From Acanthaster planci (Eukaryota): 64,000 bases of DNA. Below the pieces are notes generated by a model. That model saw nothing but the letters and a program-made list of their open reading frames with translations. It made no database searches and was not told where the DNA came from. Each line of letters begins with the position of its first letter. The first letter of the stretch is position 1. Location of the stretch: assembly GCF_001949145.1 (NCBI RefSeq), contig NW_019091356.1, forward strand, positions 737,660-801,659. Direction: 5' to 3'. Of the stretch, positions 53,422 through 64,000 are shown piece after piece. A program made the position numbers and the translations under genes.

Positions 53422-55699
53422 ACCCCATCACAACCGTTTAGGTAGTACTCGAAACTCTGGCTGTAACAAGCCAAATTAGAGGTCTTTTTTTACTCTGTCC
53501 ATCCTAACCCCTTGTTCATTATTGGTTGGATTCTGTCCTGATTCAACCCAAATCCAACTCTGCATTAAATCAATGGGCACATTCCTTGTCCATATTAGAT
53601 ATCAAGCCCGTACTAAAGTAGAATTGTCTGGCACATGCAGTTCTCAAACTGTCGGAATCCAGAAGATAAATAATGCAATGTTGGATTTTGGTAGATCATT
53701 TGTTTTGGTTATTTCTGTATTTGTTTTGCTTCATTTGAATTCAAGCTCATGTGAGTGTTTCATATTGTTCTCAGTTTCCTATTCTTCACAGTTTGTCATT
53801 CACGTTTTGTCTCTTCACTCTTCCAAGCCAGTGTTAGTGCAGACTTTGTTAAACAGCTCAGTTATATTAGGCAACTGCCTCTGTCGAAAGGCGTCACCTA
53901 ATTTGACTGTGTACTGCCCAGCCAAACTTTCATTCTTGGGGCGTACATGGAGATATCTCAATTTGTTCAAGCCCAAAAATGTTACCATTTGTTTGAGTCA
54001 GCTGCAATGGTAAATTGAGGAACTGCATTGTCAAATATGATATCCATGGGTCAAGATGAGGTCAACTTAATTGCAAAGAACTCTCATTCAAAGTGAGAGG
54101 TGAGAACCAAATCACAGATTGTCCTGACTTTCTGAGCCCAGCACTTGCATTGAGTATGGTTATTTTGCATGTTTCTGTGAAATTGGATGTCACTTTGTGG
54201 GAACTTTTTGTAATTAGTTTGAGTTTGCATTTGCATGTCATCAAGAATATTATTGAATCTAACTTTCCCGAATTGGATGTAGATATTTTGCTTAAAGTGA
54301 TATTATTTTTAATTGGAGTTCTTTCCAAAGACTTGACCATCAGCCTGTTGAGCGGCATGCAAATATTGTATTTTACTTCTTCATCAAAGAGTTTTAAAAA
54401 GAATATTCACCGTCATCAAAGTGACATGTCCTGCAGTGGCTGTCCACTTCATTCTGATTCTACAAGTGTCCATTGACTGCATCTGGGACTTCAAGAACAG
54501 GAACACTTCAGCTCAGTCACGGTTCAGTTGGTCAACAGTCCGTGATGGATTGGGTTACTTTTTGCAGTCAGACTTAGCCTTAAAAGTCAAAGGTCATTTA
54601 CCAAAGCATATTTGTGATATTGAAAAAGACTGGGTTTAATGTACTTGGAATAGAACATGAACAGTGGTTGTTTTAATGAAACACCAATTCCATGTTGATG
54701 AATATAATGTCAAGTATCACTTGCCAAAAGTGGTCGTAAAGGACTTCAGAATGATCAGAAATGAATGCTGCCCTCTACTGACAAGAACAACAGAGAGGTT
54801 TAAATGTTCTCGCTCATTTTCCTCTTGATCTTTTTTGGTTGATTAAAATGAGCAAAAAGTATTGCATCAATAGATCAAATCTACTTAGGTCTTTAAAAAT
54901 GTGAACAGTTTCAACTGATACTTGCATTCTAATCTAGTGGTGCCTCATTTAAAAACATTTCAATACTCAACATGATTTCACTAGAAACTTCTCTACATCA
55001 CCCCTCTTGCTGACTTGATGGGTCATTGAACTCCTCCTTGAAGGAAAGCCCCTGTCCCTTTAAGCAAGTTGTCAAGAGCTCGGGTTTACATTGCCCAGTT
55101 GTTTGACGTGTTTGCTTCACAATCTTTTAAGTATGATCTTATATTTCAGAACTCATTCTCTACACTCTTTTTCTATGTCAACAGTTATCTAATCAGTTTA
55201 ATTTTGATTTACATGAAAATTCATTTTTTTTTAATGCTGATTTTTCTGCCAGAAAACTATCCCGTTTGCAATGTTTAACTTAACCCCCCCCCTCATAGCA
55301 AGGATTTGGAGGACAGATTCAAGCATGATCGTGGGCTCGATATTTATTTTCCCAATTTCCATTCCCTCTTTTAGTTTCCTTATTAAGTGCATGTATTTCA
55401 TTCCCTTGAGAATACTGTCACCTCCATCTATCACCATCTGCTGTCATTATCATCTTGTTATACTATCATTTTCCTCATCCATTATCTGTCTGTACACTCC
55501 TCATCCATCCCTTTTTTCTCAACTACGAAAATTTACAGCGTAAGTTGAAGTACACTCACTTTTGCTGTTGTTACCTGTTTTGCTGTACATGTTTGTATTT
55601 GTTAATCTGATCCTAAAACGTTGTTGGTTGCATATGAATGAAATCTGGTACACTGAGTTATCTAGTTGCATGTAAACATCATTTCAGTTCCCCAGACTA

Positions 55700-55881
55700 A
55701 AGACACTGTTGCTATACCTTGTGATTCGGGGCAAGCTTTTGCATAGCGACCGCCATCTCTGGAATGGACTGGTTCCTTTGTGCCCTTCTTATCCATTGAC
55801 AACAGCGTATTGTTGCAAGACGTCTCTTATGTAACTTAGCCAAAGCTTGCCCTGAATCACAAGGTATAGCAACAGTGTCTT
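55700..55881. mobile_element. MITE-like element with 40-bp near-perfect inverted arms
   Basis: AAGACACTGTTGCTATACCTTGTGATTCGGGGCAAGCTTT (55700-55739) versus 55842-55881, one mismatch. Confidence 0.8.
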
Positions 55882-56403
55882 GATTACGGAGAATTCAAAT
55901 TCTTATGTTCACTTGAATTGAAAGAAAGATTTTCTTAGAATTTAACTCGCAAAAGGCTTATTGATTGGATTTGCTTCTTTCCTTTTGGATCTTTCTATTC
56001 AGTTGCATTTCTCATAAGATCCACTCACTCTGTTGCCAAGGTGAGGCAAATCATTTCCTTATTCCCCGAGTAAAAGAGCAAGTGGCAGAAATGTAAGACA
56101 ATTGGTCCAATGGCTTAGCTGCCAATTGGCATTTCCTTGTGTCAGTGACCATGCACCTTCTCTTTGCCAGTTGTTTCGGGGGAGGGGAAGGGGACAGCTC
56201 GTCATATACTCCAGGTGGTGGGGGGTAGGGAGTAGATAATGTTGGTACAGATTCCCCAAGATTACTTCATGACTTACATGACTTAGCGTAAAATCAAAAT
56301 GTGCAGTGAATTTGTTGATGGCATTAACTTAGTATAGGTCATCACACCACTTGGATGAAGCTGAAATGGACTTTTTCTCCATTTTCCTGCTTCATCTTGG
56401 CAG

Positions 56404-56478
56404 ATGGTTGGTATTTTCATTACATTCCGCTACCGAAACCAGAAAGATCCACGAGCCAATCCGGATGCCTTCCTGTAG
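56404..56478 (+). CDS. Alternative (duplicated) terminal exon 5b of tetraspanin B
   Basis: Pyrimidine tract plus CAG acceptor ending at 56403, phase 0, 75 nt, encoding [24 protein letters not shown]; same length and frame as exon 5a. Confidence 0.85.
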   Translation: MVGIFITFRYRNQKDPRANPDAFL

Positions 56479-58717
56479 TCATGGCAACCCTCGGGCAGTG
56501 ACATCCCAAGTTCCCAACCCATCAGCTCAGCAGGACAGCATCTGGTAAATGTGGCTTGGCATGTACTCTAAAGCAGTAATTTATTGTTTTCTTGTCAACA
56601 TTAGATACAGCCTGGCTCTAAGGGGAAAAATGTTTATCCCAAGGTGTCATAAATTGTCCATTTATAATGAAAAAAGAAGTCTGATTGGGCAAGGAGCCAA
56701 TGTCATATAGGTATATGTATATTATTAGGCCCATCACTGTTCTCAGTTGAGAACAAAATTATTCTTTTCAGAATTCCTGGATTACCCAAACATTTCACAC
56801 TTCCACAGATCCCCCAAGAAATACTGAAGCTTATATTCTTGACTCCTCAGTCCTGTTGAGTCATTCAGAAGTTTTTCATGCCACAGAGCTCGTTCTGAAA
56901 AAGGGGTTCCCGTCAAACTGTTGGTTAGGATTGACAAAACATGATCTGAGCTTTGTGTAGTTAGTGAAAATGGAACAAGTTACCCTTTAACAAGACTGAT
57001 CCGTAATGGATGAAAACAAAAACAGGTTACCAGCAGGTATGCACCACTGCTTCACCATTGCGGAAAACAGTTACTGATAAACACGAGTGTCGTGGTGATT
57101 TTTGTCAAACCTCGACTAGCAGGAATTGGACAGTAAGTCACATTCAGATGCAGTACCGCATAAAAAAGTGATGTGTGTTCTCCATGAGACAGCATTGCCG
57201 CATGATATAAGTCCAATTTAAGATCTGTGCTTAATCACAGGGTACATTGAAATGACAGAAATGATCGTAGGCTTTTGGCTATTCCATTGAAAATAATATT
57301 TAAGATATGGAAATATCTGAACAGAGACAGAATAGGTTTCAAGGCCCTTTATCATTATTTGTATTGAATGTTTGAAACTGTGTTTCTCCAGCAGTTTGAC
57401 GGCAGAAGGTGTTTTTATCTCATGCTTCAAAAATGTGAATTTTGTTGATAGTCATTGATGCAGTTTTTTAAAGTATGTAGCTGAATAGAAAAGGGGTTAA
57501 ACATTTGGCATTCATTTCATATTGGATCTAGGACAAGTCAAGTCAGTGTGCACATTGGAAATTTAACAGTAAATTTAATTCTGGTGATAGGGTGTTATTA
57601 GCAGAGAGTTTGTATGTTTTTTGCCACAACTGTCGTTTTGAAGTATTAGGAAGAATGTGTACGGCTTGCACTGTACTGCAAACATGGCAAAGGGTGGTAT
57701 GAGGTGTGAAGTGAGCCCTCTACTGCTGAGCTTGTAGTTTATATGTACCAAGCCATATAACAATCATGATAATAAGCATAATGCACTTGTAGATAATCAA
57801 ATGTGAAACTAAATGCTGGATATATGCTCACATAATATGATCACTTACACACACGCAGTTTGTTTTGCTTGTGTTATCTTTCCATGAGAGTAAAATGAAC
57901 AGGTTATTTCTTCCCAGGATGATAATGGATAGAATTTGTGATGAGGGCCTGATTAGGGCCAACTTAGGTCCCTGTTCAAGACATTTGATGCCTGGCTCAA
58001 CCAGTGCTGTTTTCAGGGTCACTGAACTCTCCAACTCATTAAAAACGTACTCCTTGCAAGGATCTCTAACTTCTCAAAGTTGCGTTTTCTAACCCCTGTG
58101 AAAATTACTTGAGGTTTATGGAACCTACTGTACATGCCATTGGCGTGAAGAATGTTTCTTGTTTGAAGCCAAAATATTTCTGTAACCTATGTGTATTAGT
58201 ATATTGCATCACAGTTGATGAAGAATGTACTAAATTAAATAATTTTTGTGGAGTGTTCTCTTCCTAGAGGCAAAAATTAATTCAAAATGCCTTTAAAGTT
58301 TGGTGGATGTGCTGTATATTAGGCAAAAAATATTGACTCTGATATAATATATTCCTTCTTAGATGTGAGCATTTGTCGGTTGATCTTATGATGAGTTTTT
58401 GTATGTTTCTATGTTTTTTTTGATAGATGAGTTGATAATAGGTTGACAAGTTATTTTAAAAGTCCTCTGACAAAAATGCTCTTTTTTGAAAAACAGGCTT
58501 CCACACATCATGACAGGTGTAGATAGAAAGGGTGTTGCCACCCCCTCTTGCTGGAGGTACATTGAAAATCGGTTGTCCATATCTGGATCTAGACAGTGAA
58601 AATCGGTTCACATTTTCCTGCCACTGATTAGTCACAGCTGTCACTAATGAATGGCATTTAATACACTACTTCTCCTGTTTAACGTATGCAAAAATTAGTT
58701 TAACTGAAATTTTACTT

Positions 58718-58973
58718 AATTAAAAAGATGAGCAAAGAAATTGACTGGAGTGGGGTATGAGCCTGTGACCTCTGGAATACCGTACTGGTGGTCTACCTAC
58801 TGAGCTATTCAGGAAGAGCCTCTTAACCTAGGGCTGGATAGCTCAGTTGGTAGAGCACCGGTATGGTATTCCAGAGGTCGCAGGTTAACATCCCAATCCA
58901 GTCAATTTCTTTGTTCATCTTTGTAATTATATGTGAGCACCTAGTCAGTTTCCCTATATAGTTTTTTTCATGA
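58718..58973. mobile_element. Back-to-back tRNA-like inverted-repeat element, copy 2
   Basis: Arms ~58718-58812 (minus) and ~58831-58927 (GGGCTGGATAGCTCAGTTGGTAGAGCACCGG...) with an ~18-nt spacer; tail CCTAGTCAGTTTCCCTATATAGTTT shared with copy 1. Confidence 0.82.
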
Positions 58974-61900
58974 ATTGTCACTTATTTACATTTTAGATGT
59001 AGGATCCCGTTCATTCATTTTACTCTTATTCCACCAATGTCTTAATCCTAACCCTCATGGGTTTCTCCAGGCACCCTGCTGAATCCAACAGAATCCAAGA
59101 GCTAGAACAAAAGGCCTTTTTGTTTATTCCTCACAAACAAAATCTTACTGAAAGAGCCCACTGTTGGTTATCTTTGGGTTCAGCATGCTTGTGGTTAACC
59201 ACTACCAGACGGGTGGAATTTGAATATGCAAGGCAATTTTCAAAATTTTCCGGTTGCAAAATTCTTCAAGAATTCATAACTTCATTTACTAGACGTTTAC
59301 ACCCACACAAATGACTGTCTGGTGGCTACTGTAATCTGACAGGTAACTTCCATTGAAGCCCGAGTATTGCAGCCTGGCCTGCTGCCCAGTAAAGTGAGCC
59401 CAGATTGTGCAGTGTTGCATAATTTCTGAAATTGACGTTGCCGAATGGCAGGAGCATCTTTTCAAATGCAGCTGGATTTGCGTGCAGCGGTACTGTATTG
59501 CTCATCGCTGAAGAACTTTTGTCCCCGCTGATAATCTGCGGGTGCTGAATGCCGCAACCAGTGGTATACTGTTTCAAAACAATGATGGATTACCTCCACT
59601 AATGCCAGCCGAAAAATGACGGTAATTCACAGCATGTGATTTGTTCAGAGTACGGTCTTTTGTTAGAAGGGCCAACTCCTTTATCCAATTACGGGCAGCC
59701 TAGCTACACGTATGCGTACAAACCCAAGGAATCTGGTACTGGAAACCCCGGCACCAAGTGGTTAACAAATAATACTTAATAGTGATGGCAGGAATATTGT
59801 TGTTTTGGAAAGTGTTGCTTGTCATGATTGAGTGGATTTTCAGCAACACGATAGAAGAAAACTTTTTTTCTTGGAGATTCTGATGAGATGCAGACATAAC
59901 TATTTCAAAGAATGTTCGTTAAACTTACAAGTAATTTGTTGAGCAGTAATCTTTTGTGAACAACACACAAAATTGTTGCAGATCGGAACACTGCAAGTTC
60001 CTGGTTTATGAAACAAATCTCCGCTTACATGAATTTTTTCTCTTGCTTGCATTCTTAATAGATGTATCCTAATGTTCTCTCTTATTGTATGCTGTTTATA
60101 AATGCTAAATGATTTATAATTCTTGTTGCACATTCTGCATTACACACAGATCATAAAGTCTCAGTTACAACATGCCATTGGTTTGAACTGATAGGCCAAG
60201 AAAAATCGTTGCCTGATGACGCCCGTTTCTGACTGGGCAAATGGTTTGACAAATTTGTGACTTCCGCAAAGAGAGAAACTTGCCAGCGTTATGATGCCTC
60301 TTACGACAGTTCTGCCATTTTTGATGATAGAGCCCCTTCCTACTACCATAGATACGACAATGCTGATAAGGCCAACTGCACGGCCACTTTGTGTATAGTT
60401 GGATTGATTGAAGGCCAAATATTGGTCTTGAATGTGTCAGTAGTACATGAACATTACTCTTATTTGTTCGTGTTTGCAGGTGTGTCAAATTGTTTGGAAA
60501 AATTAAGAAAAAACAAAACACCTTTGTTATGGAACCCAGATTCCTATTGAAGCTGTCTAAAAATTGCAGGAAAGATTATGCTGTCCACACACACTGTCAT
60601 TTAAAGCAAGATATGGGACGGAGAGAACTCCCCTGCTGTGTGTTGGTCATTGTTTGATCGGAATCTCGGGAATTCTTTACAGACTTCTGTGGGGGATGTG
60701 TTAGGTAACAATAGTCTAGAGTGTGTATAGGGACTGGACAGGTAAGGGGGGGTACCCCTCTGTCCCATATCTTGCCTGGTATACACACTGTAGTGTAAAT
60801 TTTCGTGGAAAAAGAAATTGCATAAAATTAGTTGTAAATTGCATTGGTGGTCCTGTTGTGAAAGCTGTGAACTGCATGATTTTCTTGGATTTAGTTAACA
60901 GACATTTCCAGTGCTGGGAAGTGAATTATGTTTTCGGATGGATGGATTACCATTTGGTTTAAAATATGTTTGGACAGTTTACTTGGCTTTTACAGCTCTG
61001 ATAAAATTTCTTAATTGCAATAAACAATTGAGCAACCAGTGTTGTAACCTTCAACCTATTTCTGCATTCTGAGTCTGTTCTTAGAGGGAATGCCTTTTGA
61101 CATTTGTTATTTCTGAAGGCAAAGTTTGTCTTTGACATCATTTGTGGATTATAATGCTCAAGAGTAGATGGTGGTTGAACACCATCCTAGTTGATGGAAA
61201 AAATAGTCATGTCAGTGACTCAAGAGAAGAAAAACTGGCTAGGCTATAGCCTTGGCGTTCATTCAAGTTTAGACAAATTCGATAAAAGACTTTGCTTACC
61301 ATTTGCATTACCCATGCATTCTAGTTTCCTTAAGCAGCAATACAACTTCAAACATTAGTACAATCGATGTTTTGTATGAACCAATACTCTATGATAAAAC
61401 TGATCAAGCACAGTAAATTATACATTGGTGAAAAAGCAAGGTTAACTAAACAATTTTACGCATAAAGCTCTAGAAAGTACCAAAATCACTCTATTTTGGT
61501 GTTACTTGAGATTACAAGGTTAGAGGATATAAGCAATAATATGAAATGTTCTTAGCTTGTCGTCAATTTTGTTTTTCTGAAATTATCAGACTTACCGTAA
61601 ATAGCATGCAATTTCGATGTATTTACATTGACATAAAAGAGGAAAAATGGCCAATTATTTTGGATTTGTTGCTCTGAATCAGACCTCAGTCATCTGGGAA
61701 TGGATAACATACAAAGCTTTGGAAGCACCTGATACCATTGGAGTCTTGATGGTACATTTCTGGGTGTAATTAATCTCAGAAGACAAAACCAATATTACTA
61801 TATATAAGACATAATAATCCACCATTTTGCATTGTATTTAAAACTCAGATGTACAATTATCATGATGTCTGTACATCACATTCATACCAATTGGCACTGA

Positions 61901-62298
61901 ATTCCCCTCCCCCCGACAAAAAATCCCATACTTGATAACTGTGGTAAGATTTTTTTTTTCCATGAAGTGGTTTACATTTTCACTTGTTTGCATTGCATTT
62001 GAAACACTCTGATATATAAGTACATATTCATATACTGCATTCTTTAAAATTTGCATTGAATTTGCCAAAAAAGGAAAAAAAGAAATAATTGATGCTGTTA
62101 TAAAAAATCAATTTTTGCTCCAAGCATAGTTCCAACATGATTTGCTACAATTTTAACATACATGTGAATATGTACAGCAAACAATTTGCCAGTCTTGCAT
62201 GACAATATTCCGTGGCAGATGTAAAAACAGGATGCAATGACGTGACAAGAACAGCGCCCTCTTGCGTGCGTGCATATGGATCCATCTGCAGGTTAACC

Positions 62299-63931
62299 CT
62301 ACTCGGCCTTGTTCTTTCTCTGTGTGAGCACTGACACACACTTTGGCAGCCAGACCACCACTGACAAGCCAAACACTAACCTCAGAATGTAGAACACCAA
62401 CTGGGAGGAACCTCGTTGCATTATGGGAAGGTAGGAAATGGCGACAGCCTCAGCAACCAGGACCAAGCAGGAACGGAAGACTTCAAGGAAAGGAGCTGCA
62501 GGTCTGATGGGAACAAAACCTGATAATTTGCAAAGTTGAAAATTTTGGCTCGAGCGAGCAAGCAAGCAAGCAACAACCGACCGACTGACCAACAAACAAA
62601 CACAACAAAACTTACTTGGCATCATTGATCGCTCCAAGACACGTCAATGAAAAGATGATGTACGTCATGCCACAGATGGTGGCAGTTTGGGACAGCGTCT
62701 GCAGACAGAGAATGAAAGAGATTGTTCTTCAACAGTTTCCTTTTCATGTTTAAAACTGCTTGAGCTCACATTAGATAAAAACTTGAACAACTCAGTCTGT
62801 CAGCAAGTTCAAAGGTCACAACGTGTTACAGTTAGTTCTTAAGAAGATCACACCCTGGTTAGGTCTCTTCACTGAAAGTTCCACTGATGAATAAACTGAC
62901 TGACATGACAAGAACAGCGCCCTCTTGCGTGCATGCAGGTGAACCCTACTCACATCATGGATAGGTCTCTTCATTTAACCCCTTCGTGCTGGGAGGCGGC
63001 TAGACATGCTGTAAAAATTGAGATCCTCAGCCCGCTTTTCAGCTATTATTCTCAGCCCACGCTCAAGCGAACACGGTGAAAGAAGGCAGACCCTGGCTCT
63101 TGTATATATGGTAATTGGTCTTTGTGTGTAGCCCAGAAATGAAAAGACCGAATTTGCATCATAATCACCAGCTTCACAATAGTCTCCACTTTGAAAAGAG
63201 GCAACGGGAATATGGAAGCGTGAGTAGAGCTGCATACCACCGAACAATCAGCCTTTTCACCGTGTAATTCAAAGCGTGCAGAGCAAGCAGGGCCACAAAC
63301 CGAGAATTTGCAGTTTGGCAGGTGGCCTTCTTGGCCAAGTGAGGCTGGAATTCTTGGAGTCAGCTTTCGTGAAGAAAGTCCCGTTGTCAAGGGGTTAAAG
63401 CTCCACTTATGAAAAACAATGACAAGCAAACTTACCTTCAGAGAAGTCATGAAAGCATCATAGACGTAGAAAATGACGGCAAAATGAATGATGATATAAA
63501 CATGACTCCAATGTGGCAGTCTAGGTCGGTACTTTGGCATCGGGTAATGAATCTAGAAAAACATGAAAACCATCTTGCAGTAAAGTTGGGTTGTAATCTG
63601 GAGGTAGGAAAAATGTCAAAACATGAACTGGAAAGAAGAAAAAAGGTATTTCCGTAAAAATTATTTGCTTTACAAATCACATGCTGCTCTTTCCCATTTA
63701 ACATTATATTAAATATGGCATTTTTCACATCACTTGGCAACAACACTGATAAGAAGCTAAATTTTTTCCCCTAATAGCCTAAAGCATCCAACTTACATCC
63801 GGTATGTCTTCAATGGATCCTTGCCTTGGTAATCCAGGCATCCATCCTGGTCCTTTCAGGAATACCCAGAGTTTGTTAGTCAATCCTGGCATGTTCCATG
63901 CTGTCTCCAAGATGTATTTATAGTGACAGTA
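62299..63931 (-). CDS. AGMO: Alkylglycerol monooxygenase (AGMO/TMEM195), last four exons; 5' part beyond the window
   Basis: GT-AG exons 63931-63797 (YCHYKYILETAWNMPGLTNKLWVFLKGPGWMPGLPRQGSIEDIPD), 63552-63436 (IHYPMPKY...VYIIIHFAVIFYVYD), 62698-62616 (TLSQ...YIIFSLTCLGAIND), 62503-62299 (PAAPFLEVFRSC...QRKNKAE*). The PG..NK..V..KGPGW.PG.PR.G..E.IP motif is characteristic of AGMO; C-terminal KxKxx ER-retrieval-like signal. Confidence 0.92.
62979..63394. mobile_element. piggyBac-like non-autonomous element in an AGMO intron
   Basis: TTAA (62975-62978)|CCCCTTCGTGCTGGGA ... TCCCGTTGTCAAGGGG|TTAA (63395-63398); imperfect TIRs; interior more GC-rich than the flanks. Confidence 0.7.
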
Positions 63932-64000
63932 CTGTACCACAAAAACCACAAAACTTCACTTGCATGAATAAAAACATCCAACACGGTTCAAAACTGCAAC

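Noticed and set aside
54093..54476. ORF with faint Penelope-RT-like words (LDVT, YFT, GCPL)
   Set aside because: Spacing and other motifs do not fit and there is no YxDD; a profile-HMM hit would be needed.
58831..58905. Genuine tRNA genes here and at ~50060-50425
   Set aside because: Anticodon and T arms mispair, and the units share flanking tails in an inverted arrangement; treated as repeat-derived.
59326..59577. GC-richer 83-aa minus-strand ORF
   Set aside because: No recognisable homology or supporting splice structure.
60606..60775. 18-bp inverted repeat GCAAGATATGGGAC(G/A)GAG
   Set aside because: Possibly an old MITE, but ends and TSD cannot be defined.
63052..63540. 162-aa minus-strand ORF
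   Set aside because: Only 63552-63436 is an AGMO exon; the rest is read-through into intron and the piggyBac-like element.

Overview
AT-rich, intron-rich metazoan (invertebrate-looking) genomic DNA; almost all ORF-track entries are spurious. Hand splicing gives five genes: (1) a 13-exon PLP-dependent acidic amino-acid decarboxylase of the CSAD/GADL1 type (+, 1130-13377, 500 aa); (2) a 9-exon acyl-CoA dehydrogenase of the LCAD/acdh-6/AtuD-like type (-, 22022-16706, 437 aa); (3,4) two tandem TSPAN13/31-type tetraspanins (+, 24247-38012 divergent; 40874-53421 conserved), each with a U12-type intron 2; (5) the last four exons of alkylglycerol monooxygenase AGMO (-, 63931-62299, 5' part outside the window). 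The best finding is a second, duplicated terminal exon (56404-56478) for the conserved tetraspanin, whose synonymous-rich divergence suggests two selected C-terminal isoforms (...NPSAFL vs ...NPDAFL). Also seen: a CQHK instead of NPHK PLP motif, a foldback/MULE-like element with a 9-bp TSD between the divergent ACAD and tetraspanin starts, back-to-back tRNA-like palindromic elements, a decayed hammerhead-like motif, and several MITE/SINE/LINE remnants. An 844-N gap lies at 22859-23702. All calls are by eye; no database search was run.
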